DNA of 24,705 bases. Source: a virus. Lineage: Duplodnaviria; Caudoviricetes. This document shows, piece by piece, positions 9,418 through 16,554 of the stretch (within the stretch, counting starts at the first letter, position 1; every line of letters starts with the position of its first letter). Below the pieces are notes generated by a model that was given only the letters and a program-made list of their open reading frames with translations, had not been told where the DNA came from and ran no database searches. Position numbers and translations under genes: made by a program. The stretch covers positions 1-24,705 of IMG/VR virus record IMGVR_UViG_3300043414_001131. One strand, given 5' to 3'.

Positions 9418-10013
9418 GATACCTCAACTGGGACGATGGCCCCGTTGGTGACGCGATAGCCGCGGACCTTGATCGCGTCGAGCGTTGCAAGGATGTCGGT
9501 ATCTCGCTTGTCCTCGTCCTCGCGGACAGCCATGCCCCAGGCCATGGTCTTGCGACCTTCAAGGTACGGATGACGGTCCCGCGTGCCGAACCGCGTGAGA
9601 TTGAACTCAACCGAAGTGCACGCGACGATGTACTCCTGAATCAGTTGCGGAATGCAGTGAAACGAGTACCGCAGTGTGTAGGCGACCTTGAGCGTCGAAG
9701 TGAACTCATCGGTGTTGTCGTCAAGGTCATAGAGACCGTCACCAAGCACTGTGACGTTGGTTCCCTGATCGTCGGTGTCGGTGTCGATGGTGATCGCACC
9801 GGTGGGAACGGTGATGTGGCTGTTGGCATCCGGCGTCAGCGTGACATCGTTGCGGGTGTTGTAGTGCCACCCAAGAGCCTGCACATCAAGCTCGCACTGA
9901 TCCAGGCACCGCTCGGCCTCTGCCGCGGGCGATGCTCCATCGGTGTCGAGTGACTTCACGCGGTCTCGGCCGACCGCGACCAGCACGCGATTCACTGCAT
10001 CGAGTTTGGTCAT
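9414..10013 (-). CDS. Tail tubular protein A (gp11/adaptor), paralog 1
   Basis: 199 aa with 'MTKLDAVNRVLVAVG...VKSLD', 'VQALGWHYNT', 'TLTPD', 'LYDLDDNTDEF', 'FHCIPQLIQEYI': a canonical gp11-like sequence. Confidence 0.9.
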   Translation of the reverse strand: MTKLDAVNRVLVAVGRDRVKSLDTDGASPAAEAERCLDQCELDVQALGWHYNTRNDVTLTPDANSHITVPTGAITIDTDTDDQGTNVTVLGDGLYDLDDNTDEFTSTLKVAYTLRYSFHCIPQLIQEYIVACTSVEFNLTRFGTRDRHPYLEGRKTMAWGMAVREDEDKRDTDILATLDAIKVRGYRVTNGAIVPVEVS

Positions 10014-10016
10014 GGG

Positions 10017-11663
10017 TTATCGCCAGTTTCGGTTGCGTGCGCCTGCGAGTTGGATCGGACCTTGTGATGAGAACGCAAAGTTCGTGGCTCGGTCCATGCC
10101 GTCACGGAGAGCCGCGGCGAGCATGTGGCCATTGGCGGGCTGCCATGCGTGCAGAGCCCAGAAAGGGGCGGTTCCGTTCCAGTAGTCGTAGAAGCTGAAC
10201 CACGATGAGCCGGTTTCTGCCGCGATTTCCTTGATGACGGTGTTGACGTTGGCTGCGAGAGTTGCGTTGCTCATTGCGCTGGACTGCACGGAAGCCCACG
10301 GAACGATGAGTTCAAACAGCACGCGGCCAGATGGGAACGCGGCAAGGTACGCTGCCTGCAAGCGAGCGATCAGGCCCTTGTATCGAGCCTTCCAGAACGA
10401 GGTTGTGACGTTGCCGGACTGCTCAACCTGTGAGCCGTCGCCAAAGCCTGGATCGGACGCCGCGGCATTGATGTTGTGCCCGAGCATGATTCGGATCTTG
10501 GTCACGGCATCTGGCACCTGCACCGTCGCGGTGAAGTACGCCTGCCAATGGGCCTGCGTGCAGTACCCAAGCCAGTCGGAGACATTGGCGCCGGCGCGTC
10601 CCATTGAGGCAAATCCGCAACCAGAGTTATCGGAGTTCCAAGGAATCACGCCGCCGCTGTTGCAGCGAGCAAAGATTGCGGCCAAAGGAATGAACGTCTT
10701 GGCGGTTTCGTTGTACACCGAACTACTTGAGTACATGCGAAGAGAACATTCGTGATCGTTGAGGATGCCAGTGGCGCCGTTGTCGTAGGTGCCTGCATCA
10801 GCCTCTGCGTTAGACCAACCAGAAGCGATTGGGCCGGTTGCAGCCGCCGACACGTCCATTTGCACGCGGCTGGCCGGTGTGGACGTTGCCGCGCTGGTGC
10901 CCTGACGGAGCATGTAGAGCGCGAACAGATCAAGCGTCGCAGAATCCTTCCAGACAACAACCTTGCCCTTGACGTGAGATCCATGGAACCATGGCTGGCT
11001 GCTGTTGGATGGGAACGTGGGCCATGGTGCGCCGCGGCTGCTGTTGGCGTGTGATGCTGGCGAGAGCTGGCGACCGATAATGAGGCCGCTGGCCACGTTG
11101 AGCGTGTCTACCGCAAGATCTGCGGCGAACCGATTCATGCGGGTTGTCCCCATGCTGGACGAGCAGATGGTCAGCGCAGCCGTTCCGCCAGTTCCTCCGC
11201 CTGCGGTGCAATCGACGGGGACCGTGAACGTGGTTGCCCCTGTCACCGTGACCACGCGGGCACCGTTGATGCTCACCGTGCCGCTCTGTCCCGCGATCGT
11301 CACCGTTTCTCCGGTCTGGTAGCCGTGGTTGGCTGCACAGGTCACGACCGTTGGGTTTGCCGCACTGTTGCTGGTGATGGCGATGGAGTGGATGTACCCA
11401 ACTTCGCTCACCGTCAGGGCGGCATCAACCACCGATCCGTTGCCGGTTGCATAGCCGAAGTTGTTGCCCGCTACCTGGCCGGTGTTCGCGCCGGTGATGC
11501 AGAAGTAGTGGTAGCGAAGCGGGAGGGCCCGCAGCCACGCATCCTGCCACAGATAGTCGAGAACGGGCGTGCTCTGCGAGTCGCCCAGGTTGAACGTGTG
11601 ACACTTGCCCGCCATTTCGATGGCCGCTGTCGTCGCGAAGTTGCCGCTGAATGGGTTGGGCAT
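10017..11663 (-). CDS. Putative virion-associated SGNH-hydrolase-like protein with an inserted FCCH-like beta domain (tail spike/fibre candidate)
   Basis: 548 aa. SGNH-like blocks LGDS, MGRAGA, IMLGHN and a C-terminal LH...NGH; internal 'ANPTVVTCAANHGYQTGETVTIAG...ING' motif. GAGGA RBS. Confidence 0.6.
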   Translation of the reverse strand: MPNPFSGNFATTAAIEMAGKCHTFNLGDSQSTPVLDYLWQDAWLRALPLRYHYFCITGANTGQVAGNNFGYATGNGSVVDAALTVSEVGYIHSIAITSNSAANPTVVTCAANHGYQTGETVTIAGQSGTVSINGARVVTVTGATTFTVPVDCTAGGGTGGTAALTICSSSMGTTRMNRFAADLAVDTLNVASGLIIGRQLSPASHANSSRGAPWPTFPSNSSQPWFHGSHVKGKVVVWKDSATLDLFALYMLRQGTSAATSTPASRVQMDVSAAATGPIASGWSNAEADAGTYDNGATGILNDHECSLRMYSSSSVYNETAKTFIPLAAIFARCNSGGVIPWNSDNSGCGFASMGRAGANVSDWLGYCTQAHWQAYFTATVQVPDAVTKIRIMLGHNINAAASDPGFGDGSQVEQSGNVTTSFWKARYKGLIARLQAAYLAAFPSGRVLFELIVPWASVQSSAMSNATLAANVNTVIKEIAAETGSSWFSFYDYWNGTAPFWALHAWQPANGHMLAAALRDGMDRATNFAFSSQGPIQLAGARNRNWR

Positions 11664-11670
11664 GGTGTCC

Positions 11671-11838
11671 TCAGATGCTCAGTTGGGTTGCCGCAAACCA
11701 CTCGCGGACGACATTGCCGTCGGGCTGTGTGTACCGCACGCGGTAGGTGTATGAACCGTCGTCGGCAATCTCGGCGCCGACAATGGTTCCGCGCGCTCCG
11801 GTGGCGACGATCTGCACTGATGTTCCGATGGAGTACAT
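11671..11838 (-). CDS. Small hypothetical protein, SH3-like beta barrel pattern (55 aa)
   Basis: MYSIGTSVQIVATGARGTIVG...YRVRY...REWFAATQL. Start moved to the ATG at 11838, 2 nt after the upstream stop, with GAAGGGGA upstream. Confidence 0.65.
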   Translation of the reverse strand: MYSIGTSVQIVATGARGTIVGAEIADDGSYTYRVRYTQPDGNVVREWFAATQLSI

Positions 11839-11840
11839 GG

Positions 11841-12377
11841 TCAGATCCCCTTCACGCTGAGGCCAGCAAGAGCCGCGCTGCCCGCTGCGACCGTGTGGGC
11901 CGCTGTGGTGCCAATCAAGAACTCGTTGCAACCAAGGGTGTCCCAGACATCTTCATTCTGGTCGGGCGTCGTCACCTTCAGGGTGCCGTTGGTGGCATCA
12001 TTGGTGGCGTCGTAGGGAGGCGTGCGAGTCAGGTTGCCCGCACGGTTCTTGAGAGCCCGGTACTGCTCCTGCGTCTTGGCGGTGCGGTCGTTGAACCGAC
12101 CGAACACGCGAAACGTCCCGCCTGCCGGAGTCGTCGCCGAGTGGTCGTAGAACGCCGATGTGACCAGCGAAGTGAACTCGTAATCGTCCAGGGTAATCTT
12201 GTGGCGGCTGGTCGTGACGATCTGCGTGACCGGGTTGAACGGAGTCGAGAGGTCCGCCGCATCGTCAAGCCCGCCCGCATCGATGACCGTCAACCATGCG
12301 CTCTTGAAACTTGCCGGGAACGATGGCCCGCCGCGGTCGTAGTTGCTCGAAAGATTCAGGTTGGTTCCAATGGGCAT
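11841..12377 (-). CDS. Hypothetical protein, probably structural
   Basis: 178 aa, Thr/Ala-rich; GGAG RBS; tiles with its neighbours. Confidence 0.65.
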   Translation of the reverse strand: MPIGTNLNLSSNYDRGGPSFPASFKSAWLTVIDAGGLDDAADLSTPFNPVTQIVTTSRHKITLDDYEFTSLVTSAFYDHSATTPAGGTFRVFGRFNDRTAKTQEQYRALKNRAGNLTRTPPYDATNDATNGTLKVTTPDQNEDVWDTLGCNEFLIGTTAAHTVAAGSAALAGLSVKGI

Positions 12378-12389
12378 GTGCTTCTCCGG

Positions 12390-12656
12390 TTACTTGTGGA
12401 AGATTGACCAAGCCGAGGTCACCATGGACGCGATAGCGGCACCAGCCGCGGTCTGCATCCACCATTTGCGGGACTCGTGGGCCTGTTCAAGACGATCGAC
12501 TTTCATGATCAACCCTTTGGCGGGCTCGCCGTTTCCGGTGATGTGCTCGCCGATGGCACCGATCTCTTCACGAAGGCGTGAGATTTCGTTCAGGATTTCC
12601 CGCCCGGTTGGCTCGTTGCCGTCTTCGTGGTAGCCGCTTCTGATAGGTGGTGACAT
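12390..12656 (-). CDS. Holin-like small membrane protein (coiled coil plus C-terminal TM, XhlA-like layout)
   Basis: 88 aa; heptad helix 'ILNEISRLREEI...GNG...VDRLEQ' followed by hydrophobic 'WWMQTAAGAAIASMVTSAWSIF'; adjacent to the spanin-like lipoprotein. Confidence 0.55.
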   Translation of the reverse strand: MSPPIRSGYHEDGNEPTGREILNEISRLREEIGAIGEHITGNGEPAKGLIMKVDRLEQAHESRKWWMQTAAGAAIASMVTSAWSIFHK

Positions 12657-12666
12657 TGCTCTCGTC

Positions 12667-13371
12667 TCAGGGTGTTGGGGTGTTGTTGCGACCGATGTTC
12701 ATCGCGATGGCCGAGAGGATTTCCTTCTTGGACTCTTCCCAAGCGTCGTCGTGAGCCTGTGATGCCATTCGTTCGGCCTTGGCTTCTCCGTGTCCCTTGA
12801 CACCAAAGGCAACAGCCGCCACGCTCAGGACGGACCCAAGGATCGCCCCAAGACCGGGAACGCCAGTGTTCTGGGCAACCGTGGTGGCGGCACCAAAGGC
12901 AGTCTCGATAAACGTCTGACGCGCGGCAACGTCGGCCTTGGCAGACTCGAACGAGGCACGAATCGCATCCACGCGGGACCGAGCGTCGGCCAAAGCCTGC
13001 TCGACAGCCGCGGCACGGTCGGAAGCACTGATTTGCAGCGCGGACCCAAGTTCGTCGGCCTTCTCGGCAAACGAAGCAAGAGAGTCCTCGCTGGCAACCT
13101 TGGCCCTGCGCTCGAGGCGGGCAAGCTCGATGCGAGTCTTGGCCTCGTCGGCCTTCTGTTCGCGGTCAGCCTTGGCGGCGGCAGCCTTCACGGCGGCTTC
13201 TGCCTTGGCTTCTGCGGCCCGCACTTCCGCCTGGTAGCGGTCGATGGTGATGGGCGTGCCCTCAGGCACCGCGAGTCCTGCCGGGGCAGGAACCTTGGGT
13301 TCACCAATGAGTGAACACCCGCCAACGAACGCGGCGACAAGCACCAGCACGGCGGCAAATGTCTTGGGCAT
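12667..13371 (-). CDS. Lipoprotein with a coiled coil and C-terminal TM segment (unimolecular spanin candidate)
   Basis: Signal peptide MPKTFAAVLVLVAAF, lipobox VGG-C19, Pro-rich linker, long Ala/Glu/Lys/Arg coiled coil and hydrophobic 'GLGAILGSVLSVAAVAFGV'. GGGAG RBS. Confidence 0.6.
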   Translation of the reverse strand: MPKTFAAVLVLVAAFVGGCSLIGEPKVPAPAGLAVPEGTPITIDRYQAEVRAAEAKAEAAVKAAAAKADREQKADEAKTRIELARLERRAKVASEDSLASFAEKADELGSALQISASDRAAAVEQALADARSRVDAIRASFESAKADVAARQTFIETAFGAATTVAQNTGVPGLGAILGSVLSVAAVAFGVKGHGEAKAERMASQAHDDAWEESKKEILSAIAMNIGRNNTPTP

Positions 13372-13385
13372 GGTGAGACTCCCTG

Positions 13386-13415
13386 AAAACGTCGCCGGAA
13401 CTTTCGAACCGGCGA
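13386..13415 (-). terminator. Intergenic hairpin, possible intrinsic terminator
   Basis: Minus strand TCGCCGG-TTCGAAAGTT-CCGGCGA followed by CGTTTT, between the decoration-like gene and the lipoprotein gene. Confidence 0.55.
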
Positions 13416-13425
13416 AGTGGTTGGT

Positions 13426-14016
13426 TTAGCGGTCGCCCAAGTGGATCCAGGTGACGAGCAGTGAGCCCGAAACGATGGTGAGCGTGCTGTCTGCGGTCGT
13501 GTCGTCGGAAGTTGCACCGTTCAGGAACAGCCTGATTGCGGACGCCGTGCCGTTGAAGTTGCCGGGGAACGTTGCAACGCTCTGGGACGCCACTGTCGCT
13601 GCACTGGTGGCAACTGCCGTTGCCGTCGATGCGATGACGTTGGCTTCGGTGCCGGTCAAGGTCGCGTCTGCCGCGGCCTGAACCGTGCCCAAAGAGGTGA
13701 CAAAGTTGGCCGCCGTCGCGAATGCCGTCGTCAGTGCCAGAGTGGTCGAGACGACCGCGCCGACGATGCTGATGTGGCCTTCGGGGAACGTGTACACGAG
13801 GCCGGGGTTGCTCGCGCCGCTGTTGGCCGTGATGGCCGCCGAGGTGCGGGTGAGAGCAATCGTGAAGTTGGTGAACGTGAGCAAGGTCTGACGGATGGAG
13901 CCTTCGCCGCCGTATTCCGTTGCCTTGACGCCGGTGGATGCCGGGGTTGAGCCGACCGTGTTCGACGCATCGGGCCGACCACGCTTGATGCTGGGCTGTG
14001 CAATTGCTGCTGGCAT
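13426..14016 (-). CDS. Putative capsid decoration/minor head protein
   Basis: 196 aa, Thr/Ala-rich beta protein ('GVKATEYGG...QTLLTFTN') immediately after the major capsid gene; AAGGA RBS. Confidence 0.6.
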   Translation of the reverse strand: MPAAIAQPSIKRGRPDASNTVGSTPASTGVKATEYGGEGSIRQTLLTFTNFTIALTRTSAAITANSGASNPGLVYTFPEGHISIVGAVVSTTLALTTAFATAANFVTSLGTVQAAADATLTGTEANVIASTATAVATSAATVASQSVATFPGNFNGTASAIRLFLNGATSDDTTADSTLTIVSGSLLVTWIHLGDR

Positions 14017-14033
14017 GGGTGATTGTCCTTGTG

Positions 14034-14056
14034 AAAGCCCCCCGTGGGGCGGGGCT
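14034..14056 (-). terminator. Post-capsid hairpin, T-phi-like leaky terminator candidate
   Basis: Minus strand AGCCCCGCC-CCAC-GGGGGGCT-TT directly after the capsid stop. Same position as T7 T-phi, but the U-tract is short. Confidence 0.55.
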
Positions 14057-14058
14057 GA

Positions 14059-15132
14059 TTACGTGCCGGTGTTGGAGACTTCGATCGAGCCTGCGCAGTA
14101 CGGGTTCATCACGCCGCAACCGCAGTACATGTAGCTCATGACGAGGTACGACAGGCGTTCCTGAATGTACTTCACGACGTGGCGGATGCCTTCAAACTCG
14201 ATGACGCCCACAGCCGCGGCACCTTCCATGTCGCCACACAGCGACAGAAGCACCGGAGTGCCGACGCTGGTGCCGGGGAGGAAGTTGGCGTTGTACTTGC
14301 TGAGTTCGCTGGTGAAGTTCTCGTTGGGCATCGGGCCGCCGTTGGCGGTGGCATTGGGCCAGCCGAGAATCTTGAAGCCTTCGACCAGCGTAATCTTGCG
14401 CTGCTGCTGGCGGTTGGTCTCGGGGTCAACGTAGTCCTCGCTGAACATCTGCGCGGTGGTGTCATAGAGCAGGACGTTGCGAATCCAGGGCGTTGCCCAT
14501 GCGTAGCGGTTCTCGACCGGGATGTTGTCGATGTCCTGAGCCAGACCCAGCGTGCGAAGGTCGGCACGGAAGTTGGCTGCACCAGTAGCCGATGCCGGGT
14601 ATGCCGCGGCGACTGCGGTATCCGAGACGGCGGATGCGCCGGCGCGGATGACGCGGTTACCACCCGGATGCACCGAGAGACCGTTCTTGGTGACGGCCGT
14701 GGTTGACCGTGCAGCCAGAGCCGCGGTGATGGTGATGCGGCGGTCGTACCGACGCTCGAGCTTGCTCTTGTGAGCCTTGGCCAGTCGCGGAAGAATCTGG
14801 AAGTGCGACAAGTGCATCTGATCCTGCGGGATCAGCTTCGCGGCGACAAGGTACTTGTCAGCCGTGATCGTGCCTTCGTCGACCGCGTACTGCTGGCCGA
14901 CCACTTCGTCGCCGGGCTCGAAGTCTTCGGGCTCGGGAACGTCAGCTTCCATCAGGAACTGGAAGCTCTTGCCGCTGCCGGGCATCGCGCGTTCGATGCC
15001 GGGGAGGCCCTTATCCCAAAGGAAGGTGCTGGAACGGGGGGCGCTGGAAAAGTTGCCGAGGTAGGTCTTGAGAAACAGTGCTTCATCGTCGGTGCCCGTT
15101 GCACCAAACTTGATTGCGTTGCCTGCTGCCAT
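14059..15132 (-). CDS. Major capsid protein (T7 gp10-like, 357 aa)
   Basis: 'ALFLKTYLG', 'SGKSFQF', 'ITADKYLVA' and the C-terminal 'YCGCGVMNPYCAGSI' parallel gp10 motifs. Start moved to ATG 15132 (AAGGAG RBS). Confidence 0.92.
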   Translation of the reverse strand: MAAGNAIKFGATGTDDEALFLKTYLGNFSSAPRSSTFLWDKGLPGIERAMPGSGKSFQFLMEADVPEPEDFEPGDEVVGQQYAVDEGTITADKYLVAAKLIPQDQMHLSHFQILPRLAKAHKSKLERRYDRRITITAALAARSTTAVTKNGLSVHPGGNRVIRAGASAVSDTAVAAAYPASATGAANFRADLRTLGLAQDIDNIPVENRYAWATPWIRNVLLYDTTAQMFSEDYVDPETNRQQQRKITLVEGFKILGWPNATANGGPMPNENFTSELSKYNANFLPGTSVGTPVLLSLCGDMEGAAAVGVIEFEGIRHVVKYIQERLSYLVMSYMYCGCGVMNPYCAGSIEVSNTGT

Positions 15133-15142
15133 GATGATTGCT

Positions 15143-15247
15143 CCTTGAAAATGTGCCGCTTTCGGGGCCTTCTTCAAGGTGTCTTGTGGTTATCCCTTAC
15201 GGGGCCACAAGGCTCGCTCTGGCTCTTACGCTGGCGATGAACAAGCC
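15143..15247 (-). promoter_or_regulatory. Structured capsid mRNA leader with three tandem hairpins
   Basis: Stems GGCTTGTTC/GAGCGAGCC, CTTGTGG/CCACAAG (inner CCC-GTAA-GGG) and CCTTGAA/TTCAAGG (inner GAAA loop); the last stem includes AAGG of the Shine-Dalgarno. Confidence 0.6.
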
Positions 15248-15252
15248 CAACG

Positions 15253-15636
15253 TCACACTGACGCGGGCTGAGTGGTCTTCTTCTGCTTGGTCTCGTAAGC
15301 CGCGATCTTGGCTTCGAGCTCTGCGATCTTGGCGTCCTTGCTTGCGACCGCGTTGCCGACCATGCGCACGGTCTCGGCCTGTGCTGCGGTGAGAGGCTTC
15401 TCGGTGATCGGAATCAAGTCGATGGCCTTTGCCAGCGAGTCGGATTCGGAGATGCCGGCCACGCTGATGTAGACCTTTCCAGTTGCCTTGTCCACGACAT
15501 GGCAAGTGCTTCCGCCTTCGGAGACCTGCTTGATGTTGTGACCGTCAACCGTGAAAGAAGGTCCGTGTGCCGTGAAAAGCACTTCGGCAGAGAACTTCTT
15601 GAGGACGGCGATGTGTTGCGGGGGGAACTCGGGCAT
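15253..15636 (-). CDS. Hypothetical protein between scaffold and capsid
   Basis: 127 aa; TAAGGA upstream; alpha/beta N-terminal part and a C-terminal coiled coil 'KDAKIAELEAKIAAYE'. Confidence 0.75.
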   Translation of the reverse strand: MPEFPPQHIAVLKKFSAEVLFTAHGPSFTVDGHNIKQVSEGGSTCHVVDKATGKVYISVAGISESDSLAKAIDLIPITEKPLTAAQAETVRMVGNAVASKDAKIAELEAKIAAYETKQKKTTQPASV

Positions 15637-15651
15637 GGTGTATCGGTGTCC

Positions 15652-16554
15652 TTATTGGAGTGATTCGAGAACGTCGTTGGGAGTTGCCATGATGCGGGCG
15701 CGTGCGGCCTGATCACCTTGGGCGGACTTGCGAGCCAGATCACGGAACTCAGACGCACTCGTGATGGGGCCAGTTGAGCGGATGCCGTCTCCTGCGACGG
15801 ATGACCCACCATTGCCACCCTTCTGAACGTGGGCGGAGTAGCGGCGGTTCAACTCGGAGTAAGCACCCAAGGCAAGGGCGGGGTCTTCGATGCGGCGGTT
15901 GAAGTCCTTGATCTCCGCGGGAGTCAGGTACTCCTTGGCGACATCCTCGTTGCGAAGGGTCTCAAGCTGCTGCTCGCCGCCGACCATATCGACGATCTTG
16001 GTGCGAAGCTCGGTGACCACGCGCTGACGCAATGCACCCTTGGCGGCGAGCCCTTCGGCGACATCGTTGATGTCACGCTTGGACATGCCGGGGCGCACCT
16101 TCTTGATGGCGGCGTACTGCTCGTCGGTCAACTTCCCGTGTTCGGCAAACTGCTTCTCAAGCTCGTCCATCTTGAGCCCGGCCTTGGAGACCGTGGCCGG
16201 AAGGTCAACGTCGTCATCCTCGGGCGGAACTTCATTGGGCTTGATGCCAAGGCCCGCGTCTTTCGGGGGCGTTTCGGTCTTGTTCTTGGGCGGTTCGGTG
16301 ACGACGCCCACAAGCCGCTCGGTCTTCTTGTAGGCAGCCTCGAGCGCGGCATGGTCCTTGAACAACCCCTTGTCGCCCACGAGGACGGCGTTGTCGGGGA
16401 TTGTGTCGAAGCCGTGCTTGTCGGCGACGGTCTTGCGGACCTCGCGGTAGCCGGTCTCAAGAGCCTCGGGCGTCTTGAACTTGCCCGCGAAGGTGACTTC
16501 GCCCTTTGGCGCGGCGTTCGGTTCGGTCGGTGGGGTGGTTGTTGGTTCTGCCAT
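15652..16554 (-). CDS. Capsid assembly scaffolding protein (gp9-like)
   Basis: 'FAGKFKTPEALETGY', 'EHGKLTDEQYAAI', 'VGGEQQ' motifs; located between portal and capsid. Confidence 0.88.
   Translation of the reverse strand: MAEPTTTPPTEPNAAPKGEVTFAGKFKTPEALETGYREVRKTVADKHGFDTIPDNAVLVGDKGLFKDHAALEAAYKKTERLVGVVTEPPKNKTETPPKDAGLGIKPNEVPPEDDDVDLPATVSKAGLKMDELEKQFAEHGKLTDEQYAAIKKVRPGMSKRDINDVAEGLAAKGALRQRVVTELRTKIVDMVGGEQQLETLRNEDVAKEYLTPAEIKDFNRRIEDPALALGAYSELNRRYSAHVQKGGNGGSSVAGDGIRSTGPITSASEFRDLARKSAQGDQAARARIMATPNDVLESLQ

Noticed and set aside
12390-12656. Host assignment (e.g. Planctomycetota) from the GNG...VDRLE holin-like motif and GC content
   Set aside because: This is only a vague recollection and cannot be supported without a search; only a diderm host is inferred.
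13301-14119. 272-aa ORF overlapping the capsid end, as a possible gp10B-type frameshift product
   Set aside because: It reads as Arg/His-rich off-frame text over the 196-aa gene, and there is no slippery heptamer at the capsid 3' end.
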